In this document: piece after piece, positions 49,787-59,884 of the stretch | How the letters are laid out: every line of letters starts with the position of its first letter | Numbering within the stretch: the first letter of the stretch is position 1 | NCBI RefSeq assembly: GCF_046119375.1 | Contig: NW_027362771.1 | Coordinates: 183,582,001 to 183,646,000 of the forward strand | Reading direction: 5' to 3' | DNA length: 64,000 nt | From: Phyllobates terribilis | Taxonomy: Eukaryota | Program-made: the position numbers and the translations under genes | The notes under the pieces: model-generated | What the model was told of the DNA's origin: nothing | The model's input: the letters and a program-made list of their open reading frames with translations, nothing else | Databases searched by the model: none

Positions 49787-50742
49787 GTGGGCACCATCTT
49801 GGATTAGAGAGTTCAGGCAGGAGGAGAAGAGGAGAGGAGCTCAGCCAGAGAGGGCTGACAGGGAGCTGTGGCTCAGTCCGGGCCCAGCTCCAGAGCCAGG
49901 CCTGGAGAGGAGGCCCGAGGCAGAGAGAGAGAGAGAAAGAAGAAGAAGGAGGAACAGAAACACCAGGAAAGGCCCAGAGACGCAAGAAGAGAGGGAACCC
50001 TGAGATCCCACGAGTTAACGGGTGAAGGGTTGGCAGAACAGGGTACCGGATCCCAAACTGGTGGAGGCCAATTATCCTCAGCCAGGAACCGGAGGTCGTG
50101 GTCAAGCCTTGGCGCGACCCCTCACCATATCCACCAGGAAGGCATACCACGTATAGGGTCAGGGGAGCCGGGAAAGGTTTCACCACTAGAAGGCCCGAGG
50201 GAGCCGGACAAAGGTGGGTCCCTGGTGGGGACGGCCAGTAGAAAGGAAGAGAGGGGAGCCCTGGACCACGCTCCGGAATTGCCTGGGAGTTAGCCGAGTC
50301 CCTCACCTGGTGGGCGCAGCACGGCTCGGGTGGTCCTTACTGCGCACAAGTAACCTGATAAAGAACTGTGAGTAAAGCTGTGAAAACTGCAACCGCACGT
50401 CTCAGTGATTCCTTGCCACACTACCACTACCACCATCATTCTTCCCTGCCTTTCCAGCTGCCCTGAGGCTATACCCCTCCCGTTGGGGGTTATACCATCC
50501 ACGCTGCACCACCGTACCACCGGCCTCAGCGGTCTGCCGTGCAGCGGCGGCTTCATAGCCGCAATCAACGGGTGGCGTAGTCGAACAAAATAACATCTTA
50601 TGCCAAGCATCGCCACTTAGTTTGACACCCTGGGCACGGACCGGGTCACCGCCACGAGGACTACTACCCCTATCGGATCCGGCTCCGGGTATTCCCCGCA
50701 TGCGCAACGCTGCACAACATGGCCCAGGGGGTGAGTCAACTT

Positions 50743-50761
50743 TGGCGTAGTCGGCAGGATT
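50743..50761 (+). promoter_or_regulatory. Primer-binding site complementary to the tRNA-Ser 3' end
   Basis: TGGCGTAGTCGGCAGGATT lies 4 nt after the 5' LTR. It is the reverse complement of ...AATCCTGCCGACTACG-CCA, the recalled vertebrate tRNA-Ser end. Confidence 0.85.
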
Positions 50762-50962
50762 ACGTGCCCGCAACCACCGGGTACTGCGTGCCTGAAGGAA
50801 AGTTAACATGTACCTGAAAAAGAAGTCTCCCGCCAATTCCGGAGGATTCCCGCCATCGGACGCCGTCCGGAGTCGTTTCCCGCCGTTTGCCCCGCCATTT
50901 GCAGCCTTTACCCGCCATCCGCGGAGTTTCCCGCCATCAGGAGACGATTCCCGCCATCTGAG

Positions 50963-52696
50963 ATGGTTTCCCGCCCTGGCAGAGCGGACGCCATTATGGG
51001 CGTGCCAGAGGGTGGCAAGAGACCACCTCCCATCGTGGGCATGGCCCCAGAGTGGCGCCAAAGGAAGAGACCGCCCCCACCAGCCGAGACTACAATAATG
51101 GAGATGTCCATCAGAGTGGGGGGTCTGCCCCTGAAACTGACTGTCACTAAGATGCCCCGGGACCACTCCCAATGGGGGCGGATAGGGAATAAAGCTGAGA
51201 AGATGGGTGCGGCCTGGAGGAGTCTGGACAGATCGCACCCGGGGATGGAGGAAGAGTCGAGCAGCACCGACCCCGTGGTTCGGAGCCTGTTGCAGGCCGC
51301 CACCCCAGAAGGCCTGGTGGATATCCTGGCACAACTCCCCAGAGATCGGGAGCGTGCACAGACCGCGCTGGAGGCCTTGGCCCGGAAGATGGCCCAAGTA
51401 CAGCAGGAAGCACTGGCCGAATGGAGAAGGGAGATGGCCCAGCAGGCTGGAACCCGCCAGCAGAGGACGCCACCCGCAACGTGGGGCATGTCTGCCCCTG
51501 AGGATGGTGCAGGAGGGACGAAGGCCGGAGACGACGCCGCGGAGGGAGCTGCAAGGATGGAAGCAGGTAATGGGGACGTCACTACCCCGAGCCCAGTAGC
51601 CGCAAGCCTGCCCCAGCTCCCCGTCGCAGAGCCCGAAGTCCTACTCACCACGCCCGTTGCCGCACCGCCACTACTCCCAACTAGGCCTCAAGCGGCAGGA
51701 GCCGCGGTCACGGCCTCTTCCGCGCCACGCCCCTTGACCCTGAGCGCGGCAAAACAGGAAGTGCCACCGGCCTGGTCGCAGGGCCTGGTGAACCCAGGCG
51801 CTGATGCCCCTCCAGCGCCCTCTTCCTCAACGGTGCCGTCCTTTGACCCAAATAGGATTCCCCCGGCCTGGTCGCAGGGCCGAGTACCCCCGGGCGCCGC
51901 GGTCTGCACAGCGCCCTCTACCTCCACTGTTCCGCCGGCCTGGTCGCAAGGCCGGGTACCTCCGGGCACCGCTGCCCCCACAGCGCCCTCGACCTCCACA
52001 GTGCTGCCCCTGGGCGAAGATCTCTTCGCGCAGCATACTAGCCCGGACGGGCTGCCCTTCGTGTGGCCACCGGAGTACATCAACCCCCGACTCCGGAGGG
52101 AACGGCCCCTGTGTGAGCCTCTGATCCCGGCACCGGCGCCTGCCAAAATTGTCCCGCTCCCATTGGAAGACGCCCAATTCGCATGGGATCCGACCGGTGA
52201 GGACCTCATGGGGTTCACCAAGGAGACCCGGGCGGCCGCAGCCCGGCGTGAGGAGTGCTGCCGTCAACAGCTGGAGGTCTTTGGGAGAGAACGGCGAGAG
52301 AGGCGAATCCGCGAGGAACAGCTGCAGGCCCAAAGCGCGGAGCAGAAACGCCGGGCCCGACGAAACCCCCGTACGGCCCACGGCCCCCGCACCACCGGGA
52401 CCGTAATAAAGTTTCAACTGGAGAACGGCTGGGGCTTTATCCGGGATCACCGAACCCCCGGCGACGTCTTTGTCACCCGCAGGGATGTCAAGAGCCACCT
52501 GCCGGAGGGACACCGCGGACGTGACCTCTACCCGGGTGATGTGGTCGCCTTCACCTGGCATCAGTGTGCCAAAGGACCGTACGCCCTTCACGTACACCGG
52601 CTAACAGAGGAGGAGTTGCAGTATGAGGAAGACCAAGAGGACCCGGACGGGTCTGAAGACTACCCTCAGGAAGGAGCAGGAGGACATTGTTACTAA
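50963..52696 (+). CDS. 577-aa protein: N-terminal helical/coiled-coil region, Pro/Ala-rich repeats, R/E-rich helix, C-terminal cold-shock domain (~52391-52603), acidic tail
   Basis: Uninterrupted ORF filling most of the internal region. GTVIKFQLENGWGFI...DVFVT...GDVVAF...KGPYALHV fits the CSD/OB-fold pattern (RNP1-like GWGFI, RNP2-like DVFV). Confidence 0.85.
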   Translation: MVSRPGRADAIMGVPEGGKRPPPIVGMAPEWRQRKRPPPPAETTIMEMSIRVGGLPLKLTVTKMPRDHSQWGRIGNKAEKMGAAWRSLDRSHPGMEEESSSTDPVVRSLLQAATPEGLVDILAQLPRDRERAQTALEALARKMAQVQQEALAEWRREMAQQAGTRQQRTPPATWGMSAPEDGAGGTKAGDDAAEGAARMEAGNGDVTTPSPVAASLPQLPVAEPEVLLTTPVAAPPLLPTRPQAAGAAVTASSAPRPLTLSAAKQEVPPAWSQGLVNPGADAPPAPSSSTVPSFDPNRIPPAWSQGRVPPGAAVCTAPSTSTVPPAWSQGRVPPGTAAPTAPSTSTVLPLGEDLFAQHTSPDGLPFVWPPEYINPRLRRERPLCEPLIPAPAPAKIVPLPLEDAQFAWDPTGEDLMGFTKETRAAAARREECCRQQLEVFGRERRERRIREEQLQAQSAEQKRRARRNPRTAHGPRTTGTVIKFQLENGWGFIRDHRTPGDVFVTRRDVKSHLPEGHRGRDLYPGDVVAFTWHQCAKGPYALHVHRLTEEELQYEEDQEDPDGSEDYPQEGAGGHCY

Positions 52697-54944
52697 TGAA
52701 CGGTAACTGAAACTGTATATAGTTACCCGTAGGGGTACCTGTCATGCTGCTAATTGGAGTGTGGTCCCCGTTGGGACTAGAGTGGAACTGTTAAAAAACT
52801 GTTTCCTGTGTGCCCCTATCCCTAACCAGGCTGAGGACTGTGAGCAGCCACTCCCTTATCCCCACTGGCCGAGGACTGAGAGCGGTCAACACCCTGTAAA
52901 TAGTTGCGCTTCTTAAAGCGCCCCCTATTGTTTTTATAAGGAACTGTTTTTCTACCTCGGAATTAGTGACTGTTGCACTTTACCTGGTCACAAGTTGCGC
53001 CGTGGCCAGAGATCAAGAATGTGTTTGTGAAGAACGTTTTATATGAGAATGTTTTACTTGAAAAAGTTTTATATTGAAAGTTTAAATGCTGCTAGTATAA
53101 TAATGTAAAAGTTACCTGTGATGTTCTATAATGTGTCATATGCTAAAAGAGTTCCGGTAGTTTTGACCAGTAACGTTAAAGAGAAGAGTACCTCCCATAA
53201 AGGGATGAGTTGAAAGTTGATATATCTTATATGCAAGTGTACACTTTAAAATTTTTTGTATGTCTAATTGTTTTGCTCTATTCCAGCCCGAGGACGTGCT
53301 GTGATTTACCAGGGGGGAATGTAGCACCCCGAGGACTCGGCTGCTACAGGGGTATTGCACCTCGAACCAGAGGTGTGATATTCCACTCCCGGGTAAGGAT
53401 GGAGTGTGGAACATAGCTCAGTTAGCTGCATGCACTACACTCACCCCATTTCCGGGGGACAGACCAACGGTACTCCCACCAGATAGATGTGCAGGTACGA
53501 CAGCTTCTGTCCCTGGCTGGAGTGGGGAGGGGGGAGGAACATCCCAGTGGTGTAGGAGCAGACAGGGGAGGGACTCTGGGCATAGGTAGGAGCCCATTGG
53601 GTGCTAGTCACCTGGGCTCGGGTGTCAGAAGGGAGTATAAAAGGTGGGCACCATCTTGGATTAGAGAGTTCAGGCAGGAGGAGAAGAGGAGAGGAGCTCA
53701 GCCAGAGAGGGCTGACAGGGAGCTGTGGCTCAGTCCGGGCCCAGCTCCAGAGCCAGGCCTGGAGAGGAGGCCCGAGGCAGAGAGAGAGAGAAAGAAGAAG
53801 AAGGAGGAACAGAAACACCAGGAAAGGCCCAGAGACGCAAGAAGAGAGGGAACCCTGAGATCCCACGAGTTAACGGGTGAAGGGTTGGCAGAACAGGGTA
53901 CCGGATCCCAAACTGGTGGAGGCCAATTATCCTCAGCCAGGAACCGGAGGTCGTGGTCAAGCCTTGGCGCGACCCCTCACCATATCCACCAGGAAGGCAT
54001 ACCACGTATAGCGTCAGGGGAGCCGGGAAAGGTTTCACCACTAGAAGGCCCGAGGGAGCCGGACAAAGGTGGGTCCCTGGTGGGGACGGCCAGTAGAAAG
54101 GAAGAGAGGGGAGCCCTGGACCACGCTCCGGAATTGCCTGGGAGTTAGCCGAGTCCCTCACCTGGTGGGCGCAGCACGGCTCGGGTGGTCCTTACTGCGC
54201 ACAAGTGACCTGATAAAGAACTGTGAGTAAAGCTGTGAAAACTGCAACCGCACGTCTCAGTGATTCCTTGCCACACTACCACTACCACCATCATTCTTCC
54301 CTGCCTTTCCAGCTGCCCTGAGGCTATACCCCTCCCGTTGGGGGTTATACCATCCACGCTGCACCACCGTACCACCGGCCTCAGCGGTCTGCCCTGCAGC
54401 GGCGGCTTCATAGCCGCAATCAACGGGTGGCGTAGTCGAACAAAACAACATCTTATGCCAAGCATCGCCACTTAGTTTGACATCCTGGGCACGGACCGGG
54501 TCACCGCCACGAGGACTACTACCCCTATCGGATCCGGCTCCGGGTATTCCCCGCATGCGCAACGCTGCACAACATGGCCCAGGGGGTGAGTCACAAAGAA
54601 TGTACAAGTGCAAGAATTACATTCAAAAGTAAATGTTTGCAACCGTTATAACACAAGTGTACTACTGGTAGTTGCAATAAAACAATTGTTCTGCTCCACC
54701 AGATGCATAACTAACAAGCTTTTTTCATTAAAATCGGTGGTAGTATAATGATTTTATAACATTATATACTTTTTCCTACCTGCTCATATTCAGTCATAGG
54801 GGTGTGATTCTCTCATTCAGTCAGGGGTGGGCGCAGCATTCAGTCACTGCTGGCGCCACCCATGTATTTTACTATTGCTCCCGGCAATATACACTGGGGG
54901 CAGTGTAGATAGTAGTTAGGATATGACAGGTTCCCTTTTTAAGA

Positions 54945-55830
54945 TTCTGGCATGATATTTCAATTGGTTTGGTCTTGGACTATATTTCAACACCTTGATT
55001 CTTTTATTTTTCAGCCATTCTGATATAGACTTGTTAGTGTACTTAGGATCATTGTGTCCTGTTGTTTGACCCTGTTTTGGATAAGTTTTAGCCTTTGGTT
55101 AGATGGCCTGACTGTTGACTCGAGAATACTTTGGTATCAAATTGATTCAATTACTTCAAAGTGCTCAGGTTTTAAGACTGCAAAACAAACCCAAATCATC
55201 ACCTCCTGGAGATCCGTGATTAAAAGGTGGTATGAGCAGTTTCTGCTGATATGCGGTGTATATGTAATGTGGCCCAACATCTACACTTTGGTCTCATCCA
55301 CCCAAAGGTCATTGTTCCAATAGTCTTGTGGTATGTTCAGGTGAAACTTTGCAATCTTTAGCAATGAAGCCATTTTTTTTCTAAACAAAGAGGCTCTCAC
55401 CTTGCAACCCTTCAAAATAAAATCTCCTTGGTTTGTCTTTTTCTAATTGTACTGTCATGAACTTGAACATTTGACATACTAAGGCCTTCAGAGACTGAGC
55501 TGTAGCTTTTGTATTATGTGCAATTTTCCTGAGCATTGGAAGAAATTTGCTGGAATGTCCACTCCGGGGAAGATTGTTAACTTTCTTGAATGTTTTAAGA
55601 ATATTTTTTGTCATTGTAGAATGATGGACTCCAAATTGTTTGGAAAAAGCCTTATAGCTTCCCAGATTGATGAGCAGCAACAACTGCTTCCCTAAGATCA
55701 TTGCTTTCCTCATTGGCATTGTGTTAATACAGCCAAATGCCAAAACTTCTGCTTTGGCAGCTTCTTACCTTTTTAATTCCTAAGGAACTAATAAGGTTGT
55801 ACGTAATTTTTCACACACCACTTCTACATT
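54945..55830 (-). mobile_element. Degenerate Tc1 fragment
   Basis: GSYKAFSKQFGVHHST...NLPRSGHSSKF...KATAQSL is a Tc1 N-terminal HTH region. Confidence 0.7.
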
Positions 55831-56046
55831 TTTACCTAGATTTTTAGTTGTTTTTTTTAAAGAAACATTTTTTTTTTAAAGAAACACTATTGGACTAACT
55901 TGTTTTCACTAAGAGTGTGAGCAAGAGAGACACAATGTTAAAAACACACAGGCACACAGCTCCCATGTATACGGTATCAGTCCCCATGTACCGTAAGAGC
56001 CCCCACATTGCCCCCTTTATACAGTATGATCCCCACATAGACCCTA

Positions 56047-56903
56047 CAGTGACATGTAAAAGTTTGGGCATCCCTGGTCAAAATTACTGTTATTGTGAAC
56101 AGTTAAGCAAGTTGAATATGAAATGATCTCTAAAGGGCCTAAAGTTAAAGGTGACACATTAGGTGACACATTTAAAAACAATATTGTCATTTTTTACATT
56201 TAAAAATTACAAAAGTAATGCAAACGTTTGGGCACCCTGTATGGTTAGTACCTAGTAGCACCACCTTTTGCAAGTATCACAGCTTGTATACACTTTTTGT
56301 AGCCAGCCAAGAGTCTTTCAATTCTTGTTTGAGGGATTTTCATCTATTCTTCCTTGGAAAATTCTTCCAGTTCTGTGAGATTCCTGGGTCATCTTGCATG
56401 CAGAGCTATTTTGAGGTTTAGCCATAGATTTTCAATGATGTTCAGATCAGGGGACTGTGAGGGCCATTGTAAAACTTTCAGCTTGGGCCTTTTGAGGTAG
56501 TCTGTTGTGGATTTTGACGTGTGTTTAGGATCATTATCCATTTGTAGAAATTTTTGCCACAAGGTTAGAGGAGGCTGGGTTTTTATAAAGCTGGGATATT
56601 TGCATCACCTGGCTTTCCCTAACGATGATAGTGAACAAGCCATAACCGTAACAGGCTAATTAAGGTCTGAAACCTTGGTCAAAATTATCTGAGCACACAA
56701 ATCTCCAAAGGTGCCCAAAATTTTGTATCTAACCATTTTCCTTTTTGTAATTTTTAAATTGAAAAAAATTACAATATTTTATTTTTGCCTAAAATACAAA
56801 GGAAATGTGTCATCTTTAACTTTAGCCCTTATATAGATCATTTCACCTTCAACTTGTTTAACTGAGTAATAGTAATTTTGCCCAAAACTTTTACATGCCA
56901 CTG
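56047..56903. mobile_element. Internally deleted Tc1, same family as 35472-37034, inserted into a minisatellite
   Basis: TA flanks; TIRs cagtg(a/g)catgtaaaagtttggg shared with 35472. Confidence 0.85.
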
Positions 56904-56909
56904 TATATA

Positions 56910-57788
56910 CAATATGCACCCTCACATTGCTTCTTATACACTGCGTGAGCCCAACATAGCCTCCCTATATACAGCGTGAGCCCCCCCACATAGCCACCCA
57001 TATACAGCGTAAGCCCCAAAATGGCCTCCCATATATAGCATAAGCCCCACATAGCCTCCCATATACAGCTTGTTCCCCACATAATCTCCAATATACTGCA
57101 TGAGCCCCACATAGCCTCACTATATATAGCATGACTCCCCCATGCCTCCTATATACAGTGTGAACCCCACATAGCCTCCCAGATACAGTGTGAGCATCAC
57201 ATAGCATGAGCCCCACATACCCTCCCATATACAGCATGAGCCCACATAACCTCAAATATACAGAATGAGCCCCACATACCCTCCCATATACAGCATGAGC
57301 CCCACCTAGCCTCCCATTTACTGTATGAGCTGTACATAGCCTCCCATACACAGCATGAGCCCCACATAGCCTCCCATGTACATAAAAACATCCCATACAC
57401 ATGAAAAAAACCACAATATACTCACCGTGCTCTCCCCGCTTCCCCTGCTCCTGTCTCCGGTGCACTGACTCTCGACAGTTCACAGCTGATGTGATGAAAT
57501 GACGTCAACACGTCTGCTGTCTCACACTCTGATTGGTGAAATAAGGTGCCGGTGGCCCCTCCTCTACCAATGTATTCACTGCTGTCTGCATCCTGAGGAT
57601 GTGAACAGCGGTGACAGAAAACGGCCTCTGCGGGGGATGTGCAGTGAGGGAGGGCATGGTGTGGCACGTGGGCCACTGTTTCAGCCCTTCGACTGTCTCG
57701 GTCCACATCATGTTTGCCTGTCTGGTGGGACCCAGACATTTTTTTTGTCTACCTGATAAGGTCCCAGGAGAAAAGGTTTGAGAATCCC
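56910..57788. mobile_element. ~30-bp minisatellite (56910-57400) and right end of a hAT/Charlie-like non-autonomous element
   Basis: ccccacatagcctcccatatacagcatgag units; terminus ...aggtttgagaatccctg (reverse complement CAGGGATTCTCAAACCT). Confidence 0.65.
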
Positions 57789-57799
57789 TGAGATAAAAG

Positions 57800-58150
57800 A
57801 CTTGGTCTAAGTATCTCCCAATTGGTAGCTCTTGCGGAGTGTTTTAGGTATACAATGGTCAGTGCCTACCAAAATTGTTCCAAGGAAAGACAAATGGTAA
57901 AACAGTAACAGGATCATAGATACATTTATGTGTGTCGGTGCAGAAGCCAGACTACCTCACCTGGTCCGTTCCCACAGAAGACTGAATGTAGCACAGTTTA
58001 ATGAAAGAAATAATGCTGACTATAATACAGCTTGTTAGCCACAGACTGGTCAGAGTGACCAAGCTGACCATTATCCACTGCCCAAAACACCTACAATAGC
58101 CATGTGAGCATCAGATCTGGACTATGAAACAATAGAAGGGGGCTGATATT
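57800..58150 (+). pseudogene. Very degenerate Tc1 transposase N-terminal fragment
   Basis: ISQLVALAECFRYTMVSAYQNCSKE...; downstream residues resemble HQIWTMKQ, typical of anuran Tc1s. Confidence 0.5.
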
Positions 58151-58738
58151 TTATTTTTTCTTGATACCAGCATGCACTTTGAGAAGGTACAAAGAACACC
58201 TGTAACCTCCCCTGAAATATCTGTTTAAATACACAGTTGTATTACCCATGAAATAACAATTTTGTGTGTGTCATCTATTCTCGTAAATGTCATTTGTTAT
58301 TCTTTCTGAATATTTATGAATAATTTCACAATAGGGTGTAACCATTCTATTGCTGAAAAAGTGTTTGGCAGTGTCAAAGTACACTAACAACTGGTAACAC
58401 AACTTGTAACGCTCAATTGTCAATGAATTAAAAAATTCTTATAAAAATCCAACTGTACAATCTTGAATTAAAATAAAATAATTGATTAAAATAAACAGGT
58501 CAGGAAAGCTGACAAGATTTTTGTAACAATAAGTGCTACCGTGATGCATGTATCCTGAAGACTTGTTATGCATTTTGCTACAAAAATGCTTTACAACTAG
58601 AAATAATTTAACTTACCGATACTAAATCAACATTGTTATGAAGAAAAAGAAGCAGCTGATAATATGATTTTGTGTAATTCCTGTCTGCTTAGTGGTGTGA
58701 TTACTGACATCAAGATTCTACCTTCACATTAATTGCAG

Positions 58739-58873
58739 CTGCTCTGATGTTGTAATCTTGAAGGGTTTATACCAAGCGTGGAAGTTATACCAGCAGTGCC
58801 ATCGGGTCACAATTCGCAGCAACCAGTGGGACCAGCTACTGTTCAGAGAAGCCTGGCCAGATGTGATTTTCAT
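58739..58873 (+). CDS. Candidate host-gene internal exon (135 nt, phase 2-2), unidentified
   Basis: Flanked by ...ttcacattaattgcAG and GTaaga. Open in one frame: CSDVVILKGLYQAWKLYQQCHRVTIRSNQWDQLLFREAWPDVIF. No homology recognised. Confidence 0.35.
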
Positions 58874-59884
58874 GTAAGAATTGTGGCTAAAAAAGCATAC
58901 CTTTGACATGGAATCAAGGCTAAATGACTTAATTATGAATAAATACATAGGAACTGAGGGGGGGGGGTGAAAAATGTCAGCAGGTGATTGGGACTGATGA
59001 CTAAAGATTAGTGGATCATTTGAAATTTGAATCCGCCAGCTTTGCCGAATTTTCCCCAAAAATTCCATCTGCTGCAAATACAGTTTGACAACATGCACGC
59101 TTTGTGAGATAGATAGTTGTGTTTAAATTTTGGGATTATGAAGAATTTTATTTTGTCTTTAAAAAATTATGACTTGCCTATCCCACAAGTCAAGAAGCAC
59201 ACTTTCTGTGACACACAAGCCTTGGCTTCAGAAATTTGGTTTATCAGCAAAATTAGGACAGAAAGGAATTAAACTGCCTGGTTTGTTTCCGGTGTATCAA
59301 GAATAAAAAAAATACCGTTATTAAGATGCTGTTACTGCAATATATCACAGATCAATCAATTCACAGTCGCACTGAGTAACTATATAGATTCAGCACCTCC
59401 CTATATCACTTGAATCTTTGGATTATTATTCACAAACTAAGACTACCACTCCCATTTTCAATGTGCTTCAGCTCTGCAGTAGTACACCACAATAAGAACT
59501 GTGCGCTCTGATCTCCTATCTTTTTGCTGTAAAATCCTAAAATGGAACTCCTTGACTGTGCCTCAACTTTTATAGTCCCTGTGATAGTCTCCCCTGATTG
59601 TCTGCACTAGACTATGTGATCTGATAACTACGAAGCATTATGGAGAAGCCTGTATGACATGCGTGATGTCATTAGGGCTTTTTTTTGCGATCCTCTCAAA
59701 TTGAACTGCAAACTGTTCAAATTTGTGGGGACCTGCAAATTTGGGGAAATTAGACTCTAAGTTGATCCTCTGTGGATCAATACACTCATCTCTACTCATG
59801 AGTCAAAATTTGAAATATTTGGCTATAACAGAAAGCAGGTTCCTTGAAGAGCTGCAGAGCAGAACAATAATGAGTGTCTGTGGG

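Larger units (their letters stand above)
49463..54593 (+). mobile_element. Young non-autonomous LTR retroelement with one ORF and no pol
   Basis: LTRs 49463-50738 and 53320-54593, with about 5 substitutions and one AG indel seen by eye. TG...CA ends, 4-bp TSD CAAA, PBS at 50743, PPT AGGGGGGAA at 53311-53319. Confidence 0.95.

Noticed and set aside
49547-50616. ORFs inside the LTRs (e.g. 49584-50306, 49868-50293, 53489-54148, 4566-5126)
   Set aside because: Low-complexity products of GC/AG-rich LTR sequence; frames differ between the two LTRs because of an AG microsatellite indel.
50402-52597. Overlapping or antisense ORFs across the CSD gene (50402-51397, 50908-51651, 51827-52597 and others)
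   Set aside because: GC-rich shadows of the 577-aa ORF with no recognisable motifs.
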